DNA of 64,000 nt from an uncultured Actinomyces sp. (GTDB taxonomy: Bacteria; Actinomycetota; Actinomycetes; Actinomycetales; Actinomycetaceae). Location of the stretch: assembly GCA_946998115.1 (NCBI GenBank), contig CAMPYB010000001.1, positions 12,648 to 76,647 on the forward strand. The letters are read 5' to 3'. The translations under genes were made by a program, and so were the position numbers. How positions within the stretch are numbered: position 1 is the first letter of the stretch; the number at the start of each line of letters is the position of its first letter. Below, piece by piece: positions 19,326 to 31,564 of the stretch. The notes under the pieces were generated by a model. The model was not told where the DNA came from. It ran no database searches and worked only from the letters and a program-made list of their open reading frames with translations.

Positions 19326-20837
19326 TTACCAACCTGTACGCCTTGAAACTGTCTCTTCAGTCCACTCATTAGAAGGTAAATCGCCTGGCATAAATTCATT
19401 ATCTGTCGAAATAAACAAAGGTTCTTTTCCATGATCTTTAATATCTTTGCGTTGCATTTCATAGTCACGCAAAGCTCCTAACGCCCATTTACCTAAAGTA
19501 AATAATGCGAATACATTCAAGACCACCATTAGACCTGAGAATAAATCAGCCAAGGACCATGCTGCGCTAAGACTCATCACAGAGCCCAAACCTACAGATA
19601 TAACCACAATAATATTCAAGAATAAACGCGAAGAATTTACGCCACGCAAAAAGTCCATATTCACTTCAGCATAAGCATAATTTCCAAGAACTGACGAATA
19701 TCCGAAAACAAAAATAATTATAACCATCGGTATAACTGTCCATGAGCCCAACACGTTTGCCATAGACCTTATTGTAAGCTCAGCACCTGTAAGTGACGTA
19801 TCGCCTACATTATAAATGCCTCCAAGTAATACAATAAAGGCTGTTGCAGTACATACTAGAATAGTATCTACAAACACACCTAAAGATTGAATTAATCCTT
19901 GTTGTACAGGGTGACGAACTGTTGCTGTAGCTGCAGCATTAGGAGCAGAACCCATACCAGCTTCGTTAGAAAATAGTCCGCGTTTAGTACCATTAGAAAT
20001 AGCTGCTATTAATCCACCGATAATTCCACCGCTAACTTGCGCAAAACCAAAAGCACCCTCAAATATAATGCAAACAATTTTTGGAACTTCTGTAATATTT
20101 GTGCCTATAATAACAATCGCCATAATAATATAAGCAAAAGCCATAATAGGTGCTATAACTTCAGCAAATCTTGCAACTTTTTTAATTCCACCAAAAATGA
20201 CAGGAACGCTTATAACAATTAATACAATCGCAACTACCCAACTTTTTATTCCAAAAGCTGCTGTTGCAACTGTCGCAATAGTATTTGCTTGGACCATATT
20301 AAAAGAAAATGCGAAAGCAAATATAAGCATTACTGCAAAAACTTTGCCCCATGCTCTTGAGCCTAGTCCTTTTTCAATATAATATGCTGGACCACCACGG
20401 TAAGTTCCATCGGTTGCTGGCACTTTGAAAAGTTGAGCTAAAATTGCTTCCATACACGCAGTAGACATTCCGATGAGTGCAACCACCCACATCCAAAAAA
20501 CGCTACCAGGACCACCGAGTACAATAGCAATTGCAACACCTGCTATATTTCCGGTTCCTACGCGTGAAGCTAGACCGATAGTAAAAGCTTGAAAAGATGA
20601 AATTCCGCCATGTGCATTCTGCCTGGATTTAAGCATTGATTTTATCATATGAGGAAACAGCCTAAGCTGTACTGCTCTCGTTTTATATGTAAAATACAAA
20701 CCAGCAATTATAAGTACCGTTATAACTACACGTTCTATTGGATTAGCATATATCGCGTCGATAAAAGCAGCGATACGCTCATTAAGCGTTGTGAGCATTC
20801 CGCTTACTGAACGATTAATCAGGTAAATACCACTCAT
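19326..20837 (-). CDS. Alanine/glycine:cation symporter (AlsT/AgcS family), copy 3
   Basis: GISSFQAF, RVGTGNIAGVA, GGPGSVFWMW, YRGGPAYY, KRGLFSNEAGMGSAPNAAA, GVFVDTILVCTATA. Confidence 0.93.
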   Translation of the reverse strand: MSGIYLINRSVSGMLTTLNERIAAFIDAIYANPIERVVITVLIIAGLYFTYKTRAVQLRLFPHMIKSMLKSRQNAHGGISSFQAFTIGLASRVGTGNIAGVAIAIVLGGPGSVFWMWVVALIGMSTACMEAILAQLFKVPATDGTYRGGPAYYIEKGLGSRAWGKVFAVMLIFAFAFSFNMVQANTIATVATAAFGIKSWVVAIVLIVISVPVIFGGIKKVARFAEVIAPIMAFAYIIMAIVIIGTNITEVPKIVCIIFEGAFGFAQVSGGIIGGLIAAISNGTKRGLFSNEAGMGSAPNAAATATVRHPVQQGLIQSLGVFVDTILVCTATAFIVLLGGIYNVGDTSLTGAELTIRSMANVLGSWTVIPMVIIIFVFGYSSVLGNYAYAEVNMDFLRGVNSSRLFLNIIVVISVGLGSVMSLSAAWSLADLFSGLMVVLNVFALFTLGKWALGALRDYEMQRKDIKDHGKEPLFISTDNEFMPGDLPSNEWTEETVSRRTGW

Positions 20838-21226
20838 AAATTTCTCTCTTTCAAATTGTATATACCATGCATTATTATACAAAATATACTAAAAGTAAAA
20901 TAAAAATAAAATAAAAGTAAAAACATTTTTAAAAATAAATTATAAATTTATTGTTTTAATGCCTTATTTTCACATTTTTAATGATTTATTTCTAAATTTC
21001 TCCTGACAATTGTAAAATCCGCGTCATATATCATAAATTTTATAGCAAATATATTTATAAATACTAAACACGTCCTAAGACGACAAGTCACTAAAGTAAC
21101 AAATTAGTATGATATTAGTCAACACCACACACATATTGAAAATATAAAATCTGTAACAAACTTTATTACAATAACAAAGAAAAATGACTTTAGTAAATAT
21201 ACATTTCATAGACAAAAATCAAAACT

Positions 21227-21271
21227 AAAAAAGAAAGCCTACTCAGCGCATTTTCGCTTTGTAGACTTTCT
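21227..21271 (-). terminator. Intrinsic terminator after symporter copy 2
   Basis: Minus strand AGAAAGTCTACAAAGCG-AAAATG-CGCTGAGTAGGCTTTCT followed by a T run. Confidence 0.65.
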
Positions 21272-21348
21272 CAATTTCACAAATAAGCATTATTTTTAAT
21301 ACTTTTTGCGATTAACGTTTTTTGCGGTTAACGTTATATTTTTATCTA

Positions 21349-22767
21349 TCACTTCCAAATTTTGCCTGGTATATCACTAGGCATAAATGGATTATCTTCC
21401 GAGACAAAAACAGGATTTTTTCCAGCTTTTACTTGTGCTTTATAATCATGTAAAGCTCCTGCTACCCATTTAGCTAAAACAACTAGTGCAACGAGATTTA
21501 TTATTCCGCCTAAACCGAGCATTATATCTGCTAACGACCAAACCAATATCAAAGGTTGCACAGCTGCAAATCCGCACGCTACAACTACTAAACACCTATA
21601 TAGGTATGAAATAATTTTGTTTTTGACAAGAATATCTAATGACACCTGTCCATAACAGTAGGCACCAAATGCAGAAGTGTAACCGAATACAAATATTATC
21701 AAAGACATTGGAATACTCATCCATGGTCCTAACAAATGTATGACAGCATTAGATGTTAATGCTCCAGCGATTTCTTCAGTTCCATGTCCTGGTGAATAAA
21801 CATCATTACCTGCAATCAAAATCAAAAGCGCTGTAATTGTACATACTACTATAGTATCCACAAACACACCGAAAGCCTGAATGAAACCTTGATTTACAGG
21901 ATGAGCAACAGTTGCTGTACCAGCAGCATTAGGAGCAGTACCAAGACCTGCCTCATTAGAGAACAATCCGCGTCTCGTACCATTTAACAATGTAGCAAAA
22001 ATGCCTCCGCCTATACCAGAAAGTCCTTCACGTAATCCGAAAGCTCCTTCAAAAATTTGCACAAATGCATGTCCTGCTGCAGGAATATTAGTTACGATAA
22101 CTACCACTGCTATAAGAATATAAGCCATTGCCATAATAGGTCCCAGATATTCAGATGCTTTAGCAACAGTTCTAACGCCTCCAATAATCACTGGAGCAAG
22201 CAAAACCGCAACAATCACACCTGTAACCCAAGTAGGAATACCATGATTGGAATTGAAAGTAGCCGCAACTGTATTAATCTGCACCATTGGCACAGCAATA
22301 CCTGTTGAAAACACAGTTATCAAAGCAAATATAACAGCAAGTACTTTAGACTTCATACCTTTTTTTATGTAATATGCAGGACCGCCACGATAAGTACCGT
22401 CACCTTCATATTTCACTTTAAAAATTTGAGCTAAAGTTGATTCTGTAAATGCTGTTGACATTCCTATCAAAGCGACTATCCACATCCAGAATATAGCACC
22501 AGGCCCTCCCAAAACTAAAGCAAGAGCCACACCAGCAATATTACCTATGCCTATACGAGTACCAATCCCTATAGCGAAAGCTTGAAATGAGGAAATACCA
22601 CCATGCGCATTTTTCCTAGAGTTACATAAAGATCTGAAGAAATCTTTGAAATGCACTATTTGCACAAAATGCAAATAAATAGTTAAAAATATACCAACTC
22701 CAAGCAATAAAACTACAAGAATGTACGTGTACAAATAATTATTAATAATAGAAAGTAAATCAGACAT
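21349..22767 (-). CDS. Alanine/glycine:cation symporter (AlsT/AgcS family), copy 2
   Basis: GISSFQAF, RIGIGNIAGVA, GGPGAIFWMW, RRGLFSNEAGLGTAPNAA. Confidence 0.93.
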   Translation of the reverse strand: MSDLLSIINNYLYTYILVVLLLGVGIFLTIYLHFVQIVHFKDFFRSLCNSRKNAHGGISSFQAFAIGIGTRIGIGNIAGVALALVLGGPGAIFWMWIVALIGMSTAFTESTLAQIFKVKYEGDGTYRGGPAYYIKKGMKSKVLAVIFALITVFSTGIAVPMVQINTVAATFNSNHGIPTWVTGVIVAVLLAPVIIGGVRTVAKASEYLGPIMAMAYILIAVVVIVTNIPAAGHAFVQIFEGAFGLREGLSGIGGGIFATLLNGTRRGLFSNEAGLGTAPNAAGTATVAHPVNQGFIQAFGVFVDTIVVCTITALLILIAGNDVYSPGHGTEEIAGALTSNAVIHLLGPWMSIPMSLIIFVFGYTSAFGAYCYGQVSLDILVKNKIISYLYRCLVVVACGFAAVQPLILVWSLADIMLGLGGIINLVALVVLAKWVAGALHDYKAQVKAGKNPVFVSEDNPFMPSDIPGKIWK

Positions 22768-22826
22768 GCTAACTCCATCAAAACGATTTATTGGTTTACA
22801 GTTGCCTGCCTATAGGAAACTAAATT

Positions 22827-24266
22827 TTAGTCTACCCAAATATCTGTTGGTAAGTCGGCAGGCAAATGCTTATTACCAACACCAATAAATCGTGGCTTTT
22901 CTATGCCCAATTTTTTTTGTTCCTCATAATCTTTCAAAATACCTAACCCCTGTTTAGACAAAGCGAGAACAGCTAAAATATTCAAAATTGTAATAACTGC
23001 CATAAATATATCAACAGTATTCCAAATAAATTGTAAACTTACAACTGCACCCATCACTGTTGAAATTACTGACAACACACGAATTGCATAAGAAGCATAC
23101 TTAGACGACGTGATAAAAAACATATTAATTTCAGAATAAGTATAAGCGGCTATTATAGATGTAAAAGCTAGTACAAATATAATCATCGAAATCAATAAAG
23201 ACGTCCAAGATCCTAATTGGCTTTCAATAGCCTTTTGCGTAAGCACTCCAGCTAATGACGGATCCATTGGCACGTTAGGATCATATATCCCCTTACCAGA
23301 ACTCATAATTATCAAAGCTGTAGCAGTACAAACCACTATAGTATCCACAAATACACCGAAAGATTGTATTAATCCTTGATTTACAGGATGGGAAACAGTA
23401 GCAACTGCACTTACGTTAGGAGAAGTTCCTTGACCTGCCTCATTTGAAAACAACCCACGTTTTATACCATTTATAAGAGCAACAAAAATTCCTCCGCCTA
23501 CACCTGATAACGCTGCAGTAGGTACAAAAGCAGATTTAACTATCAATACAAGATTTGGAATTATACTATCATAATTCAAAACTATGATAACAAAAGCAAT
23601 TAGTACGTACACTAAAGACATAATAGGTGCCATAAATTCAGCAACTTTAGCTACAGATTTAATACCACCAAAAATTACCGGCGTAATAAGAACAAAAAGT
23701 ACTATTGCGATTGATGTAGTGCTAGCACCTGTAGAAGCTCCTAGAGTCTGCGCAATGCCATTAGATTGCAACATAGTCATAACTAAAATACAGGTTACTA
23801 TAAGAACTCCAGCAAATACTTTACCAAAAAACCTACTACCTAAACCGTACTGTATATACCAAGCCGGACCCCCGCGGAAAGTCTTATCATGAGTATTTCT
23901 GACTTTATATGCTTGAGCTAAAATTGTTTCAAAAAAAGATGTAGACATTCCTAACAATGCTACTATCCACATCCAAAATATAGCACCAGGACCACCTAAG
24001 ATAAGAGCAGCAGCAACACCAAAAATATTACCTAAACCAACTCTTCCTCCAAGCGATACGGCGAACGCTTGAAAAGAAGATATTTCACCTTTAGCAGTTT
24101 TTCTAGATAATACAATTTCTTTCAACATATTGCCAAAATATCTTATTTGTACAGCACGTGTGCGAATTGTCAAATATATTCCTGTACCTAAAAGTATCCA
24201 CACAGTAACGAATAAGGTAATTTGATCACCAATATGTTGAATTTCAGCCGCAAGTTCAGCTAACAT
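22827..24266 (-). CDS. Alanine/glycine:cation symporter (AlsT/AgcS family), copy 1
   Basis: EISSFQAF, RVGLGNIFGVA, GGPGAIFWMW, KRGLFSNEAGQGTSPN. Confidence 0.93.
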   Translation of the reverse strand: MLAELAAEIQHIGDQITLFVTVWILLGTGIYLTIRTRAVQIRYFGNMLKEIVLSRKTAKGEISSFQAFAVSLGGRVGLGNIFGVAAALILGGPGAIFWMWIVALLGMSTSFFETILAQAYKVRNTHDKTFRGGPAWYIQYGLGSRFFGKVFAGVLIVTCILVMTMLQSNGIAQTLGASTGASTTSIAIVLFVLITPVIFGGIKSVAKVAEFMAPIMSLVYVLIAFVIIVLNYDSIIPNLVLIVKSAFVPTAALSGVGGGIFVALINGIKRGLFSNEAGQGTSPNVSAVATVSHPVNQGLIQSFGVFVDTIVVCTATALIIMSSGKGIYDPNVPMDPSLAGVLTQKAIESQLGSWTSLLISMIIFVLAFTSIIAAYTYSEINMFFITSSKYASYAIRVLSVISTVMGAVVSLQFIWNTVDIFMAVITILNILAVLALSKQGLGILKDYEEQKKLGIEKPRFIGVGNKHLPADLPTDIWVD

Positions 24267-24466
24267 AAAAACCCCTTACCGATATTTTACTTTTAGGTTA
24301 TATTATTTTACCATTATTTTAACAAAATGCTCAATTTTTTAGTAATTATTTTTCCAAAATTAAATATAAGTCATATAATAGTACACAATAAAATATTTAT
24401 AATAAGAATAATTCCAATTAAAGAATATTTTATACAAGCACGATATTAAAGAAAGTGAGTATTGAA

Positions 24467-26395
24467 ATGGCAATACCGTTGAGATCTAGAACATCTACTC
24501 ATGGAAGAAATATGGCAGGAGCACGCGCTCTATGGAGAGCTACAGGAATGACAGATGCAGATTTCAACAAACCAATTATTGCTGTAGCAAACTCATTCAC
24601 ACAATTTGTTCCAGGACACGTACATCTGAAAGAAATTGGACAATTAGTGTGTAAAATTATTGAAAAAAATGGTGCAGTAGCAAAAGAATTCAACACTATA
24701 GCAGTAGACGACGGAATAGCTATGGGACATTCAGGAATGCTCTACTCACTACCAAGTCGCGAAATAATTGCTGACAGTGTTGAATATATGGTAAACGCGC
24801 ATTGCGCAGATGCACTAGTTTGCATATCAAATTGCGATAAAATAACACCAGGAATGGTGCTTGCAGCAATCCGCCTTAACATTCCTACTATATTCGTATC
24901 AGGCGGACCAATGGAAGCAGGCAAAAATCTGCCTAAAGAAGCAATCATAGGACAAGAAACAACTAAAGGCGACCTCGTAACAGCCATGAGCGCATCAGCT
25001 TCAAATATTAGTGATAATAAATTAGATTTAGTCGAAAAACTCGCTTGCCCTACATGCGGATCATGTTCTGGAATGTTTACTGCAAATTCCATGAATTGTC
25101 TTACCGAAGCACTTGGCTTATCTTTACCTGGCAATGGCTCAACACTTGCAACACATGTTTTTAGAAAAGATTTATTCGTAGAAGCAGGCAAAACTATAGT
25201 TGAAATGTGTAATAGATACTATAACCAAGAAGATGACAGCATACTTCCTTTAAGCATCCTAAATCGTGACGCAATGCTAAACGCTATGAAACTTGACATG
25301 GCAATGGGTGGTTCTACAAATACAGTACTACATATGCTAGCCATGGCTCATGAAGGAAATATAGACTTTCACTTAGATGACATAGACATGCTATCGCGAA
25401 CAACTCCATGTTTAGCTAAAATTTCACCAAATAGTACAATATACCACATGGAAGACGTACATAGAGCAGGTGGTGTACCAGCTCTACTAGGTGAATTAGA
25501 TAGAGCAGGCATGCTAAGTCACAATGTAAGTAGCGTTCACACACCTACATTAGAACGTTGGCTAAAAAACTGGGATATAAGAGGTGAACATCCTTCAGAA
25601 AAAGCATTAATGCGTTTTTCAGCCGCTCCAGGTAATGTTCGTACGACAAAGCCTTTCAGCACATCTAATAGATGGGCAACTCCTGACACAGATGATAAAA
25701 ATGGTTGTATAAGGAGCGTTCAAAATGCTTACACTAAAGATGGCGGATTAGCAGTATTATACGGAAATTTAGCACCAGAAGGAGCCATAATAAAAACTGC
25801 AGGAATCGATCCTTCTCTTTTCCATTTTGAAGGCAAAGCATATGTTACAGAATCACAAGAAGAAGCTGTAGAAGCAATTTTAGGCAAAAAAATCAAACCT
25901 GGAGATTTCCTCGTAATACGATATGAAGGTCCATCAGGCGGACCTGGAATGCAAGAGATGCTATATCCAACATCTTTCATAAAAGGCACAGGGCTCGGAA
26001 AAGTTTGCGCTCTTATAACAGACGGAAGATTTTCAGGCGGTTCAAGCGGAATATCAATCGGACACGTTTCACCAGAAGCAGCAGCAGGTGGCACGATAGG
26101 CCTAATTGAAAATGGAGATAAAATCATATTAGATGTAAACACAAGATCCATACATTTAGATGTTTCAGAAAAAACTTTACGTGAACGAAAAAATAAGCAA
26201 TTAGAAAGAAAAAATCCATGGACACCTTTGTATCGTGATAGAAAAATTTCTAATGCTTTAAAACTTTACTCACTCACAGCAACAAGCGCATCAACTGGAG
26301 CTGGGCGAGATATTTCACAAATAAAAAGAATAGTAGCAAATAACGAAACATCAAATACAATACACACTCATGAAACAGTAAGTATAAATGTTTGA
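24467..26395 (+). CDS. ilvD: Dihydroxy-acid dehydratase
   Basis: [74 protein letters not shown]. Confidence 0.97.
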   Translation: MAIPLRSRTSTHGRNMAGARALWRATGMTDADFNKPIIAVANSFTQFVPGHVHLKEIGQLVCKIIEKNGAVAKEFNTIAVDDGIAMGHSGMLYSLPSREIIADSVEYMVNAHCADALVCISNCDKITPGMVLAAIRLNIPTIFVSGGPMEAGKNLPKEAIIGQETTKGDLVTAMSASASNISDNKLDLVEKLACPTCGSCSGMFTANSMNCLTEALGLSLPGNGSTLATHVFRKDLFVEAGKTIVEMCNRYYNQEDDSILPLSILNRDAMLNAMKLDMAMGGSTNTVLHMLAMAHEGNIDFHLDDIDMLSRTTPCLAKISPNSTIYHMEDVHRAGGVPALLGELDRAGMLSHNVSSVHTPTLERWLKNWDIRGEHPSEKALMRFSAAPGNVRTTKPFSTSNRWATPDTDDKNGCIRSVQNAYTKDGGLAVLYGNLAPEGAIIKTAGIDPSLFHFEGKAYVTESQEEAVEAILGKKIKPGDFLVIRYEGPSGGPGMQEMLYPTSFIKGTGLGKVCALITDGRFSGGSSGISIGHVSPEAAAGGTIGLIENGDKIILDVNTRSIHLDVSEKTLRERKNKQLERKNPWTPLYRDRKISNALKLYSLTATSASTGAGRDISQIKRIVANNETSNTIHTHETVSINV

Positions 26396-26521
26396 GTATA
26401 TAACAAAATAATCAAAATACCGACATTTTAGAAAGATAAAAGTAAACAATAAAATGCAATCTGAAAAAGTATTTTATAAAAAATCTATGTAAATCACATA
26501 TACAATTATTGCACATAATTT

Positions 26522-26561
26522 TAGGAGCGAAACATGCTAAAACAAGCACAATTCGCTCCTA
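26522..26561. terminator. Hairpin between convergent ilvD and ilvE
   Basis: TAGGAGCGAA ... TTCGCTCCTA, a 10-bp inverted repeat. Confidence 0.6.
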
Positions 26562-26648
26562 TCAAACACGAAACCTGAAAAATTGTTACGTATCAATAAG
26601 TTGCATATAAATTGACACAATATACTTAATTATGAATATTTCAAATAA

Positions 26649-27797
26649 TTAATCGCTCAACTTATACATCCAACCAAATTTATCTTCCAAAACTCCTTTT
26701 TGAATACCAGTCAAAGTATTATATAAATGTTTAGTTACATCACCACTAGGAATACGCACATCAAAATCTTCCGATGCTAATCGTCCTATAGGTGCTATAA
26801 CAGCAGCAGTTCCACAAGCGAACATTTCAGCAACTTTATTTGATCTAATATCGTCAACCAATTCATCAATATCTATATGCTTCTGCTTTACTGTAACACC
26901 TTCAACTTCAAGTAAAGTTATAATTGATGAACGAGTGCTTCCTTCCAAAATAGTACCAGTAAGCGCAGGTGTTGCAATAGAACCATCACTATATACAACA
27001 AAGATATTCATACCGCCTAGCTCTTCTAAATAACGGTTAGAAACAGAATCCAAGAAACAAACTTGATTAAAACCTTTAGAAGTAGCATTTTCTTGAGGAA
27101 GCATTGCCGCAGCATAGTTACCAGCAGTTTTAGCAAAACCAGTTCCACCAGGACCTGCCCTATGGAAAGTCTTATCAACCCAAATTTCCAAATCTTTTAC
27201 ATTGGCACCAAAATACGGCCCCACAGGTGAAGCTATACACAAATATTGCACACTATTCGATGCTCTTACACCTAAGAATGGCTCATCAGCATACATAAAA
27301 GGACGCAAATAAAGAGCGCTCCCTTCCTTCTTAGGCACCCAAGCCTTATCAACATTTACCAGTCCGACAATAGAAGCAATAAAATCTTGCACATCAAAAG
27401 TAGGCATGCACATTCTTTCAGCAGACATGTTAAATCTAACAGCATTATATTTAGGGCGGAAAGTCCAAATCGAATTATCACTATAACGATAAGCTTTTAA
27501 GCCTTCAAATACTTCCTGTCCATAATGCAAAATAGCAGCTGCTGGAGATAAAGTAATGTTTTCATATGCACGAATTTTTTTGTCATGCCAACCTTCATCT
27601 TTGCTCCACGTAGCACTTGCCATATGATCAGTAAAACTTTTACCAAATTTCATTTCATCCAAAATGCGTTGTCTCGTTTGGCAACTACAAATGTTTTTTG
27701 ACAATTCAACTTTAAAACGAGGTAAAAGAATATCTTTACTTTCAACAACACCTTGAGAATTTTCTTCTAATAAATCTTTATTGCTATTACAACACAT
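26649..27797 (-). CDS. ilvE: Branched-chain amino acid aminotransferase
   Basis: FTDHM, LHYGQEVFEGLKAYR, LYLRPFM, GTGFAKTAGNYA, EELGGMNIF, FACGTAAVI. Confidence 0.95.
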   Translation of the reverse strand: MCCNSNKDLLEENSQGVVESKDILLPRFKVELSKNICSCQTRQRILDEMKFGKSFTDHMASATWSKDEGWHDKKIRAYENITLSPAAAILHYGQEVFEGLKAYRYSDNSIWTFRPKYNAVRFNMSAERMCMPTFDVQDFIASIVGLVNVDKAWVPKKEGSALYLRPFMYADEPFLGVRASNSVQYLCIASPVGPYFGANVKDLEIWVDKTFHRAGPGGTGFAKTAGNYAAAMLPQENATSKGFNQVCFLDSVSNRYLEELGGMNIFVVYSDGSIATPALTGTILEGSTRSSIITLLEVEGVTVKQKHIDIDELVDDIRSNKVAEMFACGTAAVIAPIGRLASEDFDVRIPSGDVTKHLYNTLTGIQKGVLEDKFGWMYKLSD

Positions 27798-27843
27798 ATG
27801 TAAACCTCAAATCGTAAATATTTATTCACTATTAGTATAATAG

Positions 27844-27873
27844 TATTGCCCAAGCTCTTACACTTGGGCAATA
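27844..27873 (-). terminator. Hairpin immediately after ilvC
   Basis: TATTGCCCAAG-CTCTTACA-CTTGGGCAATA, an 11-bp inverted repeat. Confidence 0.6.
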
Positions 27874-27875
27874 TT

Positions 27876-29450
<1,575 letters not shown>

Positions 29451-29454
<4 letters not shown>

Positions 29455-31226
29455 AACATTTCCTCTTCCCAAACAGGGCTTACATTCATATTGTATTTTA
29501 TGTCATCATTTGAGGCCCCAGCTGAAACCATAGGCCACACTAATGCATCAGGTGAAACTCTGAAATCTATAACTACAGGTCTATCATTAATATTTAAAGC
29601 TTTTTGTATTACGCTATCTATATCTTCTTCTTTTTCACACCTAAGACCTACACAATCATAAGCTTGAGTAAGTTTTACAAAATCTGGAATTTGAGCAGTA
29701 CCTGTGCCTGTAAAAAGATTTGTATTAGAAAAACGCTTATTATAAAACAATTTTTGCCACTGTCGGACCATCCCAAGTGATGAATTATTTATAAGTGCAA
29801 CTTTTATAGCAATACCGTTTAATGCACAAGTAGCAAGTTCTTGATTAGTCATTTGAAAACAACCATCACCATCAATTATCCAAACTGTTTTTTCAGGACA
29901 CGCTACTTTCGCTCCCATACCTGCAGGCACCCCATATCCCATAGTTCCAAGCCCACAAGATGATATCCAAGATCTAGGTTTTACATGCTCAATAAATTGT
30001 GCACTCCACATTTGATGCTGACCTACACCTGAAACATATATAGTATCATCAGGTGACAATTTTCCAATGCGTTCAATAACTTGTTGTGGACAAAGTAGGC
30101 CATCAGTTGGCATGTCATATTTCATCGGATATTTTTTACGCAAATTTGTCAAAAATTTATGCCAATCTGATATGTCTTTTTTACCATGAACTTTCACATA
30201 CTTTTTATATTCAACAGTTAGCGCAGGCAAAACATCCTTCAAATCTCCCACTATTTCAATATCTGCTTTTCTATTTTTCGATATTTCAGCAGGATCTATA
30301 TCAACATGTAAAACTTTAGCATTTTGAGCAAAATGTTTAAGACTACCTGTTACACGATCATCAAAACGAGCACCTAAAGTTATAAGTAAATCACATTTTT
30401 GCATTCCGCCTACTGCTGCTATAGTGCCATGCATTCCAGGCATTCCTAAACTATTTTTATGCGTGTCAGGAAGAACCCCTCTAGCTGTAAGAGTCGTAGA
30501 AAAAGGAATATCAGTAACATCAGCAAATTCAGCTAATTCATCAAAAGCACCAGACTTTACGCAACCACCACCTATATAAAAAACAGGTCTGGAAGCCTTA
30601 GCTATTTCCGCAACTGCATTTTTCAATTTAGATTGTTCAACTTTTTGAGGTACGCTATACCCTGGTAGATCAATTTCTGGTGGCCAAGTAAAATTCATCA
30701 TACCAACTTGTGCTGTTTTAGTTACATCAACCAAGACAGGTCCAGGTCTACCAGTAGAAGCAATGTGATATGCTTCAGCTATAGTTTTTGGCACATCTTC
30801 AGGTTTTGTAACTAAAAAAGAATGTTTCGCTATAGGCATAGTAACGCCCACTATATCAACTTCTTGGAAAGCGTCAGTACCTATAAAATCAGCAGAAACT
30901 TGCCCTGTTATACATAGCAAAGGCACAGAATCCATCGCCGCATCAGCTATAGCTGTCACAATATTAGTAGCACCAGGCCCTGAAGTTACTATGCAACACC
31001 CAACTTTTCCACTTGCGATTGCATAACCTTGAGCGGCATGTCCAGCACCCTGTTCATGTCTTACTAAAATATGATTCAGTTTAGCATCATAAATAGGATC
31101 ATAGGCAGGTAAAATAGCTCCACCTGGTAGACCAAAAATATCAGTGACACCTAGACATTCCAAAGATTTTATTATAGCCGCAGCGCCTGTCATATTTTCA
31201 GATTCACCAAGTTTGCAAGTATCCAT
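29451..31226 (-). CDS. ilvB: Acetolactate synthase large subunit
   Basis: FGLPGGAILP, RHEQGAGHAA, TSGPGATN, GMPGMHG, GVGQHQMW, ThDP motif DGDGCFQMT...NN; alternative start at 31193. Confidence 0.97.
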
Positions 31227-31284
31227 TTTTCATCCTGCCATCCAAATAATAATATTGTAATAAAACAAACAATGTAATAATCAT
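31204..31284 (-). CDS. Candidate leaderless leader peptide (uORF) of ilvBNC, 26 aa: MIITLFVLLQYYYLDGRMKNGYLQTW
   Basis: TACAAT -10 element 7 nt before ATG 31284; six Ile/Leu/Val codons among codons 2-9; overlaps the ilvB start out of frame. Confidence 0.4.
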   Translation of the reverse strand: MIITLFVLLQYYYLDGRMKNGYLQTW

Positions 31285-31502
31285 GAAAGATATTGTATAA
31301 ATACTATCACTAAAAAAGTAAAAAATGTATAAAAAAATAGCCTAATAAAATAAAATAATTACTTAAAAAAAGTATTGTTGGTAAATAAATAGTAATATAA
31401 AAAAATAATAAAATTAAAATCTTATCGTAATATAATATATTTTCAATAAATTATAAAATAAATATTAAAAATAGACACATACTACATATAGTCAAAATAT
31501 AA

Positions 31503-31536
31503 AATAGGCTTCCGATAATCACACCGAAAGCCTATT
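31503..31536 (-). terminator. Intrinsic terminator of the malic enzyme gene
   Basis: AATAGGCTT ... AAGCCTATT inverted repeat with a T-rich tail on the minus strand. Confidence 0.65.
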
Positions 31537-31564
31537 AGTTATTTATAAACAAAATGATTTATAA

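Noticed and set aside
18518..19372. 284-aa plus-strand ORF antisense to the FAH gene
   Set aside because: It is a codon-register shadow of the real gene: Ser/Thr/Ile-rich, no recognisable motif, no RBS, and it runs through a terminator.
20838..21348. Possible glycine riboswitch or T-box upstream of the symporters
   Set aside because: I found no glycine-aptamer core and no T-box motif; only a terminator and AT-rich promoter-like sequence are visible.
24499..26151. Several 65-149 aa minus-strand ORFs inside ilvD, and similar short antisense ORFs across the window
   Set aside because: All are nested antisense to well-conserved genes and have no independent coding signals.
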